Program-made: the position numbers and the translations under genes
Notes under the pieces: generated by a model
Told to the model about the DNA's origin: nothing
Seen by the model: the letters and a program-made list of their open reading frames with translations, nothing else
Databases searched by the model: none
DNA from: Streptococcus mitis
GTDB lineage: Bacteria; Bacillota; Bacilli; Lactobacillales; Streptococcaceae
Direction of reading: 5' to 3'
Length of the DNA: 64,000 nucleotides
NCBI GenBank assembly: GCA_965245755.1
Contig: CBDFAU010000001.1
Location: 54,854-118,853 of the forward strand
Shown here: one piece after another, positions 1 to 9,346 of the stretch
How positions within the stretch are numbered: position 1 is the first letter of the stretch
Layout: every line of letters starts with the position of its first letter

Positions 1-1
1 A

Positions 2-226
2 CGCGCTGCAAAAAATGAACTCAAGGCAATCGAAGACCAAAAAGAAGACTTTGAAAAATTAGCAAACGCGCTCGGTTGTGAAATTTTAGTCGTCGAAGCA
101 GAATACACACTAAAAACACTTGATGGCAAAGAGCCGGAAGAAATAACCGAAGATATTGAAGACGCGAAACGAAAATATATCAAAGAACTTCTAAAAGGCT
201 TGCTAAACGACGACGGGGAGGACTAA
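2..226 (+). CDS. 3' end of a phage early gene (hypothetical, acidic C-terminus), truncated by the window edge
   Basis: Open frame from the window start to TAA at 224-226 (…KELLKGLLNDDGED*). The next gene starts 4 nt later. Confidence 0.5.
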   Translation, partial: RAAKNELKAIEDQKEDFEKLANALGCEILVVEAEYTLKTLDGKEPEEITEDIEDAKRKYIKELLKGLLNDDGED

Positions 227-229
227 AAA

Positions 230-1339
230 ATGCAGATTACTAGAGGAAAACGGGCGCGAGCTCAAAAGGTAGTTATCTACGGTCCGGAAGGAATTGGCAA
301 GTCCACATTTGCAGCTGAATTCCCAAATGCGGTTTTTATCGATACGGAAGGCTCGACAGATAACATGGATGTGGCACGATTAGATAAGCCGACAAGCTGG
401 ACCATGCTTATCAATGAGATTGCTTTTATCAAAGCAAATCCGACTGAGTGCGGGACACTCGTCATTGATACGATTGACTGGGCGGAAGCATTGGCAGTAG
501 CTCACGTTTGCTCACAACACGGAAAACAAGGGATTGAAGACTTTGGCTGGGGTAAAGGTTATACCTATGTTCAGGAAGAAATGGGGCGTTTCTTAAATGT
601 CTTATCTGACCTAGTTGATATGGGTATCAATGTAGTATTGACTGCACACGCTCAGATTAAGAAATTTGAACAACCAGACGAGATGGGGTCTTATGATCGT
701 TACGAGTTGAAACTTGGCCAAAAGACAGGGTCTAAGACTGCTCCACTGGTCAAAGAATGGGCAGATATGGTTTTATTCGCCAATTACAAGACCTTGGTCA
801 TGACGACAGACAACGGTAAGAAGAAGGGGCAAGGTGGTGAGCGCGTGATGTACACTAACCATCGGCCGGCTTGGGATGCCAAGAATCGTCATGGATTGCC
901 AGATGAAATGCCGTTCCATTACGCAGGAATCGCTCATATCTTTGCAGTCCAACAAGTACAAGCGCCTGCGCCACAACCTCCAATAGCTCCGGCGCATCAG
1001 CAGACTGTACAGCAAGCCCCTGAGCAAGTCCAAGAGGAATTGCCTCTCGATATGTCACAGGTCGCTGAAAAACCTCAAAATGAAGCCCCTAGCAATACTC
1101 AGACACCACCAGCGCAATATCATGCAAGCTTGCCTAAGAGTTTGACGGACCTCATGACGCAAGGCGACGTGACGGAAGAAGAGCTCCAAAAAGTTGCATA
1201 CATACGAGGTCACTTTCCGCTGGGCACACCAATCGAAAACTTCCCGCTTGATTATTGGGATATGATTGTTGCACACTGGCAGGCGACTATGGAAGTTATT
1301 CAAAATCAAGTACGAGCAGACCCTGAACTGCCCTTCTAG
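230..1339 (+). CDS. Phage AAA/RecA-like ATPase (Sak4-type recombination/replication ATPase)
   Basis: Walker A GPEGIGKST at the N-terminus with a RecA-like core. Q/P-rich C-terminal tail. RBS GGGGAGGA upstream. Confidence 0.75.
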   Translation: MQITRGKRARAQKVVIYGPEGIGKSTFAAEFPNAVFIDTEGSTDNMDVARLDKPTSWTMLINEIAFIKANPTECGTLVIDTIDWAEALAVAHVCSQHGKQGIEDFGWGKGYTYVQEEMGRFLNVLSDLVDMGINVVLTAHAQIKKFEQPDEMGSYDRYELKLGQKTGSKTAPLVKEWADMVLFANYKTLVMTTDNGKKKGQGGERVMYTNHRPAWDAKNRHGLPDEMPFHYAGIAHIFAVQQVQAPAPQPPIAPAHQQTVQQAPEQVQEELPLDMSQVAEKPQNEAPSNTQTPPAQYHASLPKSLTDLMTQGDVTEEELQKVAYIRGHFPLGTPIENFPLDYWDMIVAHWQATMEVIQNQVRADPELPF

Positions 1340-1390
1340 ATGTAGATTCTGGGAATTAGAAATCATAGCAAAATACAATAAGGAGTATCT

Positions 1391-1816
1391 ATGAAAGATA
1401 AAACTATTCAAATTGATTTGTCAAAAATCGCAAATACAGCCTTACAAGAAAAGGTTGACAAAGAACTTGAAAAAGTCCTTGAGAACATTCTGGATCTCAA
1501 TACAGAAGCCAAGGCAACTCGTAAGGTCACTATTATACTGACGATGTCAACAGACGATGAGCGTACAGTCGTTAAGACAGGTATGGAAGTCAAATCTACC
1601 TTGGCACCACAGAAAGGTGTTGCAACAACTGTTATTGTTGGTCGTGATGACACTGGTAAAATTCACGCAAATGAGCTCAAAAGCGGCATCCCTGGTCAGA
1701 CATATTTTGACGATAATGGGGACATGAGAACCGACACTGGTGATCTCATCGAAAAAGTGGAACAACAGGAAAAATCTAAAATCATTGATTACAATCAAAA
1801 GAAAGCAGGTAACTAA
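1391..1816 (+). CDS. Hypothetical phage replication-module protein
   Basis: 141-aa ORF with RBS AAGGAG upstream. No motif recognised. Confidence 0.55.
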   Translation: MKDKTIQIDLSKIANTALQEKVDKELEKVLENILDLNTEAKATRKVTIILTMSTDDERTVVKTGMEVKSTLAPQKGVATTVIVGRDDTGKIHANELKSGIPGQTYFDDNGDMRTDTGDLIEKVEQQEKSKIIDYNQKKAGN

Positions 1817-1818
1817 CT

Positions 1819-2556
1819 ATGACAGAAAATCTCAAAGAAGCATTATCTTACGCAGTTGAACTAGCAGGTAAAGAAAAGAAAATCATTCGTTCAGAGACAG
1901 GGAAGGAATATTTTGACAGCAATGAATATGACTTACAGGAACTTAACCCTCGTAAGTACGCACCTATCCTTGAGCTTCAGACACTCAAAAGTCTAGTTGA
2001 CTATCTCAAATCAGATAACGATTTCATCAGTGATCGTAAACTTGTAGTTGTCGTGGACAGTTTCCAAAAAGTATCTGTATATGATCAAGTTGATTTTGAA
2101 AATGGTAAACGTCCTCAGCTCGTATCTGTAAAAGCAACTGTTCCAGTTATTCCGTTCAGTAATTGGCGCGACCAGGAAGAATTCAATATTATGCTGCAGT
2201 CTATGTTTATCGATGATGCAGACCGTAATTTGGTTTTGGATTTTGCTAGCCATTTGAAAATCGAAAAAGGTGCAGAAGTACAGGACAATGGCATCAGTCA
2301 AATGGCTACGGTTCGCGATGGTGTAGCAAGCTTAGCACAAGCTAAGACTCCAAATCCAGTAACCTTGCGACCATATCGTACTTTCAACGAAGTGGAACAA
2401 CCAGCAAGTCAATTCGTCTTCCGCATCAACAAATCGGCGAATCTCGCACTTTTTGAAGCAGATGGGGGTAAATGGAAATTAGAAGCCGTCGAAAGCATCG
2501 CAAATTATTTAAAAAATGAACTTGCTAGCAACAAAAAAATTACTATTTTAGCTTAA
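1819..2556 (+). CDS. Hypothetical phage replication-module protein
   Basis: 245-aa ORF starting 3 nt after the previous stop. No motif recognised. Confidence 0.55.
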   Translation: MTENLKEALSYAVELAGKEKKIIRSETGKEYFDSNEYDLQELNPRKYAPILELQTLKSLVDYLKSDNDFISDRKLVVVVDSFQKVSVYDQVDFENGKRPQLVSVKATVPVIPFSNWRDQEEFNIMLQSMFIDDADRNLVLDFASHLKIEKGAEVQDNGISQMATVRDGVASLAQAKTPNPVTLRPYRTFNEVEQPASQFVFRINKSANLALFEADGGKWKLEAVESIANYLKNELASNKKITILA

Positions 2557-2569
2557 AGGAGAAATCAAC

Positions 2570-3124
2570 ATGACACAACAATACAACAACTTTGATCACG
2601 AAATTGGTTGGGAAGATACGATCGAAAAAGACTCGGATTTCGTCCTCTTGCCTGACGGCTTGTACCATTTTACAGTCGTTGACATGGAACGTACACGACA
2701 CACGCCAAATCCGCAAAATCCAGGTAAACTACCAGCATGTAATAAGGCTATCGTCAGCATCAAGATTGTAGCTAACGAAGGCGAGACCGAACTGCGCCAC
2801 AACCTATTCTTACACAGCTCAACTGAAGGAATGCTATCTGCTTTCTTTGCTGCAATCGGCCAAAAGAAAAAGGGCGAACCGCTTCGCATGAACTGGAATA
2901 CCATCATCGGTGCAACTGGAGTATGTAAAGTCGGAACCCGACAATACAATAACAACAATTACAACGAAGTCAAATCCATGCTCTACCCTGAAGACGTAGA
3001 CTATACAAAAGTATTAAACCAGCAACCAGGACAAGCTACACAAGCAAGCTACCAACAACCACAACCGCAGAACTTTAGACAACAACCACAAGGACAAGCT
3101 GGATATCAAGCTGGGCAATTCTAG
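2570..3124 (+). CDS. DUF669-like phage protein (commonly partnered with Sak4-type ATPases)
   Basis: N-terminal pattern W-E-D…FVLLPDGLYHF is typical of DUF669. Q/P-rich tail. RBS AAGGAGAA. Confidence 0.55.
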   Translation: MTQQYNNFDHEIGWEDTIEKDSDFVLLPDGLYHFTVVDMERTRHTPNPQNPGKLPACNKAIVSIKIVANEGETELRHNLFLHSSTEGMLSAFFAAIGQKKKGEPLRMNWNTIIGATGVCKVGTRQYNNNNYNEVKSMLYPEDVDYTKVLNQQPGQATQASYQQPQPQNFRQQPQGQAGYQAGQF

Positions 3125-3134
3125 GAGGTAAGGG

Positions 3135-4718
3135 ATGCAGTTAAGACCTTATCAACAGGAAGCACGGGAGGCTGTTCAAGCTGAATGGGCTAAAGGTCGC
3201 AAGCGCACGCTCTTAGTATTGCCTACAGGCTGTGGAAAGACAATCGTCTTCTCCAAAATCATTGAAGACCAAGTGAAAGAGGGCAAGCGTGTGCTTGTCC
3301 TTGCTCATAGGTCAGAGCTTTTAGAGCAGGCTAGCGATAAGCTCAAGACTGCGACAGGTCTCGGCACGGCTTTAGAGAAAGCAGAGAATACCTCTATCGG
3401 CTCCTGGTATCGAGTAGTCGTCGGCTCTGTCCAAACCATGCAGAGAGAGAAACGGCTTAGTCAATTTCCTCCTGACTGGTTCGATACAATTGTAGTCGAC
3501 GAAGCCCATCACGCCATTTCAGATGGTTATCAGCGCGTCCTTGGCTACTTCGAGCAGTCTGACGTCCTCGGGGTAACAGCAACCCCTGACCGTGGAGATA
3601 TGAAGAATCTCGGTTCTTACTTCGACAGCTTAGCTTATGAATACTCGCTAGTACAGGCCATTAAAGAAGGTTACTTATCCAAAATTAAAGCCCTGACAAT
3701 TCCGCTCAACTTGGATTTATCAAACGTCAGTATGTCAGCTGGCGATTTCAAAGCGAGCGATGTCGGAACGGCACTGGATCCATACCTGGAGCAGATAGCT
3801 GACGAAATGACCAAGCAATGTGCAGATCGTAAGACAGTTGTATTCTTGCCATTAGTGAAGACCTCGCAGAAGTTTCGAGATATTCTAAACGCAAAAGGTT
3901 TTCGCGCTGCTGAAGTAAACGGAGAGTCCAAGGACCGAACAGAGGTACTGCAGGACTTTGAAGATGATAAATACAACGTCCTATGTAACTCTATGCTCTT
4001 AACCGAGGGCTGGGATTGCCCATCAGTGGACTGTGTAGTTGTGCTAAGACCTACTAAGGTACGTGCCTTGTATAGCCAGATGGTGGGGCGTGGGACTCGC
4101 TTGCATCCAGGGAAAGAAGAACTGCTTTTGCTAGACTTCCTCTGGCACACCGAACGCCACGAGCTATGCCGGCCAGCCCACTTGATCTGTGAGACTCCAG
4201 AAGTTGCTCAGAAAATGGTTGAGAACATGGAAGAGCAAACTGGTGTCATGCTTGACCTCGAAGATATGGAAGTTAAGGCAACCGAGGATGTCGTCGCACA
4301 GCGTGAAGAGGCTTTGGCAAAACAGCTGGAAGAAATGCGCAAGCGTAAACGCAAACTTGTGGATCCATTGCAATTCGAAATGTCTATCCATGCTGAAGAC
4401 TTGTCGAACTACGTTCCTAACTTCGGATGGGAGATGGCGCCTGCTAGTGACAAGCAAATTAAAGCGCTTGAGAAATACGGCATACTTCCTGATGAAATCG
4501 GAAATGCTGGAAAGGCTGCTTTATATTTAGACAGATTGCACAAGCGACAATCAGAAGGCCTGACTACGCCGAAGCAGATTCGATTTTTGGAAGGTCGTGG
4601 CTTCAAAGATGTGGGCATGTGGCAATTTGATCACGCTAGAAATATGATTGATCGCATTGCTGCAAACGGCTGGCGATTACCAGCAGGCGTGCGACCAGCT
4701 GAATATGTGCCGGGGTGA
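3135..4718 (+). CDS. SF2 DEAD/DEAH-box helicase
   Basis: Walker A PTGCGKT, motif II VVDEAHH, TATP, and helicase C motifs (LLTEGWDCP, QMVGRGTR). The C-terminal part has duplicated KQI-x-x-LE motifs. Confidence 0.85.
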   Translation: MQLRPYQQEAREAVQAEWAKGRKRTLLVLPTGCGKTIVFSKIIEDQVKEGKRVLVLAHRSELLEQASDKLKTATGLGTALEKAENTSIGSWYRVVVGSVQTMQREKRLSQFPPDWFDTIVVDEAHHAISDGYQRVLGYFEQSDVLGVTATPDRGDMKNLGSYFDSLAYEYSLVQAIKEGYLSKIKALTIPLNLDLSNVSMSAGDFKASDVGTALDPYLEQIADEMTKQCADRKTVVFLPLVKTSQKFRDILNAKGFRAAEVNGESKDRTEVLQDFEDDKYNVLCNSMLLTEGWDCPSVDCVVVLRPTKVRALYSQMVGRGTRLHPGKEELLLLDFLWHTERHELCRPAHLICETPEVAQKMVENMEEQTGVMLDLEDMEVKATEDVVAQREEALAKQLEEMRKRKRKLVDPLQFEMSIHAEDLSNYVPNFGWEMAPASDKQIKALEKYGILPDEIGNAGKAALYLDRLHKRQSEGLTTPKQIRFLEGRGFKDVGMWQFDHARNMIDRIAANGWRLPAGVRPAEYVPG

Positions 4719-4721
4719 TGT

Positions 4722-5513
4722 ATGAAATCTCTTTTACGATATCCAGGTAGCAAGTGGAATCTTGCTGGTAGGATAGTAGAACTATTACCTGAACACAAAA
4801 CCTACCTAGAACCCTATTTTGGTAGTGGTGCGGTATTGTTTACTAAAAAAACTAGCGCTATTGAGACAGTTAATGACCTAAATGATGATGTGGTTAATCT
4901 TTTTCAGGTGATACAACAGGAACCTGAGGCGCTGGCCGAAAAAATCTTTCTGACCCCTTACAGCCGAAGGATTTATGATAATGTTTGGGAAGTCCGACCA
5001 GAGAATGAGATTGATAAAGCGCTGAATTTCGTCATACGCTCTGTTATGAGCCACGGCTTTCGAAATATTGAAAAATCTGGTTGGAAAATGGATATTAACG
5101 GCAGAGAACGAGCCTACGCAGTCAAACATTGGAATGATCTGCCCGAGTTAGTCCAAGAAATGACATTGCGATTAAAGCAGGTTCAGATTGAATGTCGGCC
5201 AGCCATTGAACTGATACAGAAATATAGTCGGGAAGATGTCTGCATGTATGTAGACCCTCCCTACGTCCTTAGCACGAGGACGAGAAAGCAATATTCAGTA
5301 GAAATGGATGACCGTGACCACGAAGAACTATTAGAAATATTGAATCAGTCCAAAGCTAACGTTCTTCTGAGTGGATATGATAGCGACTTGTATAATAAAC
5401 GCTTGTCAAATTGGGAAAGGGTGGAGTTCTCGGCGACTGCAGAGAAAGGACTACCGAGAACGGAAGTTCTTTGGATGAACTATCAACCAAAGAAGCAATT
5501 ATTATTATTTTAA
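4722..5513 (+). CDS. Orphan DNA N6-adenine methyltransferase (Dam/D12 class, alpha group)
   Basis: N-terminal FGSGAV (FxGxG AdoMet motif) and a downstream catalytic VDPPYV motif. No adjacent endonuclease gene. Confidence 0.85.
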   Translation: MKSLLRYPGSKWNLAGRIVELLPEHKTYLEPYFGSGAVLFTKKTSAIETVNDLNDDVVNLFQVIQQEPEALAEKIFLTPYSRRIYDNVWEVRPENEIDKALNFVIRSVMSHGFRNIEKSGWKMDINGRERAYAVKHWNDLPELVQEMTLRLKQVQIECRPAIELIQKYSREDVCMYVDPPYVLSTRTRKQYSVEMDDRDHEELLEILNQSKANVLLSGYDSDLYNKRLSNWERVEFSATAEKGLPRTEVLWMNYQPKKQLLLF

Positions 5514-5524
5514 AGGAGAAAACA

Positions 5525-7795
5525 GTGGCAGAGAATGATTTTAATTTGTTGCCGTTGCTGGATTATATCAATCCTGCCACGGTAGACTACCAGACATGGG
5601 TCAATGTGGGCATGGCCTTGAAGCACGAGGGTTATACGGCATCCGACTGGGATAACTGGTCACAAAATGATAGTCGATACAAGAAATTCGAGTGTTTCAA
5701 GAAATGGGATACCTTCAACGAAGAAGCTGGAACTATCGTGACGGGTGCGACTATTACCCAATTAGCAAAAGAGAACGGCTGGATGTCGCAATCTGACTAC
5801 GATAGCGAGAACGCTCATGAGCTAGGCTGGACAGATACAATAGACCGTGATTATCGTGTCATTGACAAGGATTGGATTGAAGGTAAGGAGATTCATGAGC
5901 CGACAATTTGGAATCCTGTTCAGGAAATTATCAAGTACCTTGAAACGCTTTTTGAAGCCAGCGAAAATGTCGGTTATGTGACCAAGTGCTACCCAAAGAC
6001 TGACGACGAAACTGGCGAGATTGTCAAATGGCTACCCACAAAGGGAGCTTATGACCGAACGGCTGGACAATTGATTGAAGCTCTTAGCAAATGTAATGGC
6101 GACATCGGCGCAGTGCTAGGTGACTATCACGAAGAAGCGGGCGCATGGGTGCGATTCAATCCCATGGATGGCAAAGGCGCTAAAAATGAAAACGTGACAG
6201 ATTTTCGCTATGCTCTGGTTGAATCCGATAGCATGCCGATTGACAAGCAGAATGCTATCTACAAAGAACTTGAATTGCCGATTGCTGCCTTGGTGCATAG
6301 CGGAAATAAGTCACTACATGCCATCGTAAAGGTAGACGCAGGCAATTATGAAGAGTATCGCAAGCGAGTTGATTACCTCTACAAAGTTTGTCAGAAAAAT
6401 GGCATTGTGGTCGATACTCAAAACCGCAATCCAAGCAGGCTATCGCGCATGCCAGGGTTCATCCGAAACGGCCAGAAGCAATTCTTAGTAGATACCAACA
6501 TTGGTAAGGCAGATTGGGATGAATGGTATCAATACATCGAAGACTTGAACGACGATTTACCTGATCCTGAAGGATTGGCCGACAGCTGGGATAACTTGCC
6601 AGAATTGGCTCCCGAACTCATCAAAGGCGTCCTTCGTCAAGGCCACAAGATGCTGATTGCTGGACCGTCTAAAGCTGGTAAGTCATTCGCATTAATCGAG
6701 ATGTCGATTGCAATCGCAGAAGGCAAGAAGTGGCTTGGTTGGGATTGTACCCAAGGACGTGTGTTATACGTCAATCTGGAGCTAGACCGTCCGTCTGCCC
6801 TACATCGCTTTCGTGATGTCTATCAGGCTATGGGATTACCACCACAGAATATCAGTAACATTGATATCTGGAATCTTCGTGGCAAGACCGTACCGATGGA
6901 TAAGCTGGCGCCTAAGTTAATCCGTCGAGCTTTGAAGAAGAATTATATCGCAGTCATCATCGATCCGATTTACAAGGTCTTGACTGGAGACGAGAACAGT
7001 GCAGACCAGATGGCACACTTTACAAATCAATTTGATAAGGTAGCTACAGAGTTAGGTTCTAGTGTTATCTACTGCCATCATCATTCTAAAGGTTCGCAAG
7101 GCGGCAAGAAGTCCATGGACCGCGCTAGCGGTTCGGGTGTATTCGCTCGGGATCCTGACGCGCTTATCGACTTAGTAGAGCTAGAAGTGTCAGAGGAATT
7201 ACTTACTCAAAGGCTGAATCAAGCAGCGTGCGAAGTGTATAAACAGGCCTTGCAAGAACAGAACAATGCCTACTATCAGCAGAATGTCGGACTAGACGAC
7301 CTCTTGAGCCCTGCGCAGATGCGAACGCACTTTGAGAAAGGTATTCCTGATGTCATGGATCGGGCACCATACACAGACAAGCTCGAAGAGGTCCGTAACC
7401 AAATCCAGATAGCGACCGCATGGCGTGTCGAAGGCACGCTTCGAGAGTTCGCCAAGTTTAAGCCAGTCAATATGTGGTTCAGCTATCCAGTACACACGCT
7501 TGATAAAACGGGCGTGCTGGCAGATATTAAGCTGGAAGATGATAAACCAGGGTGGATGAAAGCTAAAGAAACTCGCAAAAAGAATGCAAAGGAAGATAAA
7601 AAGCAAAAGCTGAAAGAGTTTGACGAAGCTATCGAAAATGCAAATTTTGGCGAGCCACCCTCAAAAGAAGACGTAGCTGAATATTTAGGAGTGTCTATAA
7701 AAACTGTCGAAAGACGGTTAAAAACATCAAAAAAATATTGGCTCGATAAAAATACGCTCACTATTTTAAATAAAGAAAATACGACAAAAACGTAA
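5525..7795 (+). CDS. Primase/helicase fusion (PriCT-2 N-terminal motif, primase-polymerase-like core, RepA/DnaB-like AAA_25 ATPase, C-terminal HTH)
   Basis: GTG start at 5525, 5 nt after RBS AAAGGAGAA; the ORF-track start at 5411 lies inside the methyltransferase gene. Motifs: YQTWVNVGMALKHEG, SGNKSLHAIV, Walker A GPSKAGKS, and VAEYLGVSIKTVERRLK. Confidence 0.75.
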   Translation: MAENDFNLLPLLDYINPATVDYQTWVNVGMALKHEGYTASDWDNWSQNDSRYKKFECFKKWDTFNEEAGTIVTGATITQLAKENGWMSQSDYDSENAHELGWTDTIDRDYRVIDKDWIEGKEIHEPTIWNPVQEIIKYLETLFEASENVGYVTKCYPKTDDETGEIVKWLPTKGAYDRTAGQLIEALSKCNGDIGAVLGDYHEEAGAWVRFNPMDGKGAKNENVTDFRYALVESDSMPIDKQNAIYKELELPIAALVHSGNKSLHAIVKVDAGNYEEYRKRVDYLYKVCQKNGIVVDTQNRNPSRLSRMPGFIRNGQKQFLVDTNIGKADWDEWYQYIEDLNDDLPDPEGLADSWDNLPELAPELIKGVLRQGHKMLIAGPSKAGKSFALIEMSIAIAEGKKWLGWDCTQGRVLYVNLELDRPSALHRFRDVYQAMGLPPQNISNIDIWNLRGKTVPMDKLAPKLIRRALKKNYIAVIIDPIYKVLTGDENSADQMAHFTNQFDKVATELGSSVIYCHHHSKGSQGGKKSMDRASGSGVFARDPDALIDLVELEVSEELLTQRLNQAACEVYKQALQEQNNAYYQQNVGLDDLLSPAQMRTHFEKGIPDVMDRAPYTDKLEEVRNQIQIATAWRVEGTLREFAKFKPVNMWFSYPVHTLDKTGVLADIKLEDDKPGWMKAKETRKKNAKEDKKQKLKEFDEAIENANFGEPPSKEDVAEYLGVSIKTVERRLKTSKKYWLDKNTLTILNKENTTKT

Positions 7796-8000
7796 AATTC
7801 TGGTCGTGTCCTAATAATGACAGCACCATAAATTCATGGTTGTGTCTTTGTCTCAAAAAGGACAGACAAGACCATAAAATCGTGGTCGTGTCGAACGACA
7901 AGCAACTATATATTATATATATAGATAATGTCCTGTCGTCCATCATGTCCATACCTGTATAGACAGGGTTGCTTAAAACGCACCCTGTCATATACAAGGG
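7796..8000 (+). promoter_or_regulatory. Putative phage replication origin (iterons, AT-rich tract, inverted repeats)
   Basis: The core TGGTYGTGTC occurs three times (7801, 7837, 7883). Two copies sit inside 22-nt repeats ACCATAAAWTCRTGGTYGTGTC (7825-7846, 7871-7892). There is an alternating AT tract at 7905-7929 and an inverted repeat ACAGGGT/ACCCTGT (7963-7969, 7982-7988). The region lies directly downstream of the primase-helicase gene. Confidence 0.4.
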
Positions 8001-8050
8001 TCATGGACTAAAAGCGAAATTAAAAAAAGAAAGGAAGTGCATTTTTAAAA

Positions 8051-8452
8051 ATGTCTATTGAATTCTTTTTACCGATGCAAAAAATTCCGACAACGACTCA
8101 CCAACAAAAAAAGGTAAACGTGAGATTTGGTAAGCCAATCTTTTATGAGCCAGAGGATTTGAAAAATGCCAGAGCAAAATTTGAGAGTTTGCTCGCGCAG
8201 CATGTACCTCCGAATAAAATTAAAGGAGCGATTCGTCTGACAGTCAAGTGGTGCTTCCCACGTATCAAAAAAAGCTACGATGGTCAGTACAAGACCACGA
8301 AGCCGGATACAGATAATCTCCAGAAATTGCTCAAGGATTGTATGACGAAACTTTGCTACTGGAAAGATGATGCCCAAGTGGCCAGCGAGATTGTCGAAAA
8401 GTTTTGGGCAGACACAGTCGGGATCTATATCAAGATTGAGGAATTGCCATGA
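8051..8452 (+). CDS. RusA-family Holliday junction resolvase
   Basis: 133-aa ORF with the characteristic KPDTDNLQKLLKDCM motif and typical RusA size. Confidence 0.8.
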   Translation: MSIEFFLPMQKIPTTTHQQKKVNVRFGKPIFYEPEDLKNARAKFESLLAQHVPPNKIKGAIRLTVKWCFPRIKKSYDGQYKTTKPDTDNLQKLLKDCMTKLCYWKDDAQVASEIVEKFWADTVGIYIKIEELP

Positions 8453-8676
8453 AAATCAATTATATTGATTTCTTTAGCAGAGTCATTCCTGAATGGATGG
8501 CGCGCAGCAATCAGAAGAGCCAAGAAATTGGTTTTGGCTCGGACGCTTATTGGCTATGGGCAGTGTCGTCAATTGGAGAAATTTGCAAGCAATACAATGA
8601 TGATGAGCTGGTGACAGAACAGTTCGGCCTGCTCTTCAACTGGCTAGAAAAACAAGCAGGAGGAGTTGGAAAATGA
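8449..8676 (+). CDS. Hypothetical phage protein
   Basis: 75-aa ORF with 4-nt overlaps at both ends (ATGA coupling). Confidence 0.5.
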   Translation: MKINYIDFFSRVIPEWMARSNQKSQEIGFGSDAYWLWAVSSIGEICKQYNDDELVTEQFGLLFNWLEKQAGGVGK

Positions 8677-8939
8677 AAGAAAAAACATATGAAGAGGTTT
8701 TGGATGAAATGATTAGCGATAAGATCAATAATCCAAATCACTATCAGGGTGCATTTGGCCTTGAGGCAATTGATGTTGTCCGTAATTTTGCAGGAAACTT
8801 GACAGCTGTTCAAGGATTCTATTGGGGAAATACAATTAAGTATATGCTTCGGTTCCAGAAGAAAAATGGTCTCGAAGACCTGAAGAAAGCACGCAAGAAC
8901 CTTGATTGGTTGATTGCAGAATTGGAGGCAGAAGATTGA
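8673..8939 (+). CDS. DUF3310-family phage protein
   Basis: NHYQGAFGLEAIDV…GNTIKYMLRFQKKNGLEDLKKARKNLDWLI matches the pattern I know for DUF3310. Confidence 0.6.
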   Translation: MKEKTYEEVLDEMISDKINNPNHYQGAFGLEAIDVVRNFAGNLTAVQGFYWGNTIKYMLRFQKKNGLEDLKKARKNLDWLIAELEAED

Positions 8940-9346
8940 CAATTAATATCAAACAACGACTAAAGGCCTTGAAGTACATCGATATCAAAGCGAAGTCGAA
9001 GCACCAGGAAATTATCAGCTTGAAATCGAGCATCTTGCGAGGACAGCAGTTTAACAATATGCCAAAGTCAGAAAACTCGTCTAATCGATCCGAGGAATTG
9101 AATGTACTGATTATTGACAAATCAGAACAACTGTATCAGGAGATCCAAGAACTCTATCGCGAACGGGATGAGCTGGTGCAAGTGATTGAATCATTGGACG
9201 ATCCTGTGGAAAATATTATCATGCGGTTGTTGTACATTGATGGATTGTCGTGGAATCAAATTCAGGCACAGTTACGTTGCGGGCGCGGAACGATTCATCG
9301 GGCTAGAGAGAGCGCTTTGAAAAAAATTTCTAAAAAATGGAACTAA
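8936..9346 (+). CDS. Putative late-gene transcriptional activator (sigma-70 region-4-like; ArpU/RinA/DUF1492-type)
   Basis: TTG start at 8936, 7 nt after GGAGG; the ORF-track start at 8906 has no RBS. C-terminal HTH-like LSWNQIQAQLRCGRGTIHRARESALKKI. Positioned immediately upstream of the terminase genes. Confidence 0.55.
   Translation: MTINIKQRLKALKYIDIKAKSKHQEIISLKSSILRGQQFNNMPKSENSSNRSEELNVLIIDKSEQLYQEIQELYRERDELVQVIESLDDPVENIIMRLLYIDGLSWNQIQAQLRCGRGTIHRARESALKKISKKWN

Noticed and set aside
1055-1411. 118-aa - strand ORF at the end of the Sak4-like gene
   Set aside because: It is antisense to the Q/P-rich tail of a supported + strand gene and crosses the RBS of the next gene.
5411-5524. 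ORF-track start (ATG 5411) for the primase-helicase gene
   Set aside because: This would overlap the methyltransferase gene by 103 nt with no RBS. GTG at 5525 sits 5 nt after AAAGGAGAA and 11 nt after the MTase stop.
7761-7997. 78-aa - strand ORF in the primase/RusA spacer
   Set aside because: It covers the iteron and AT-tract region, has no RBS, and runs opposite to the otherwise unidirectional phage gene train. The repeats explain the sequence better.
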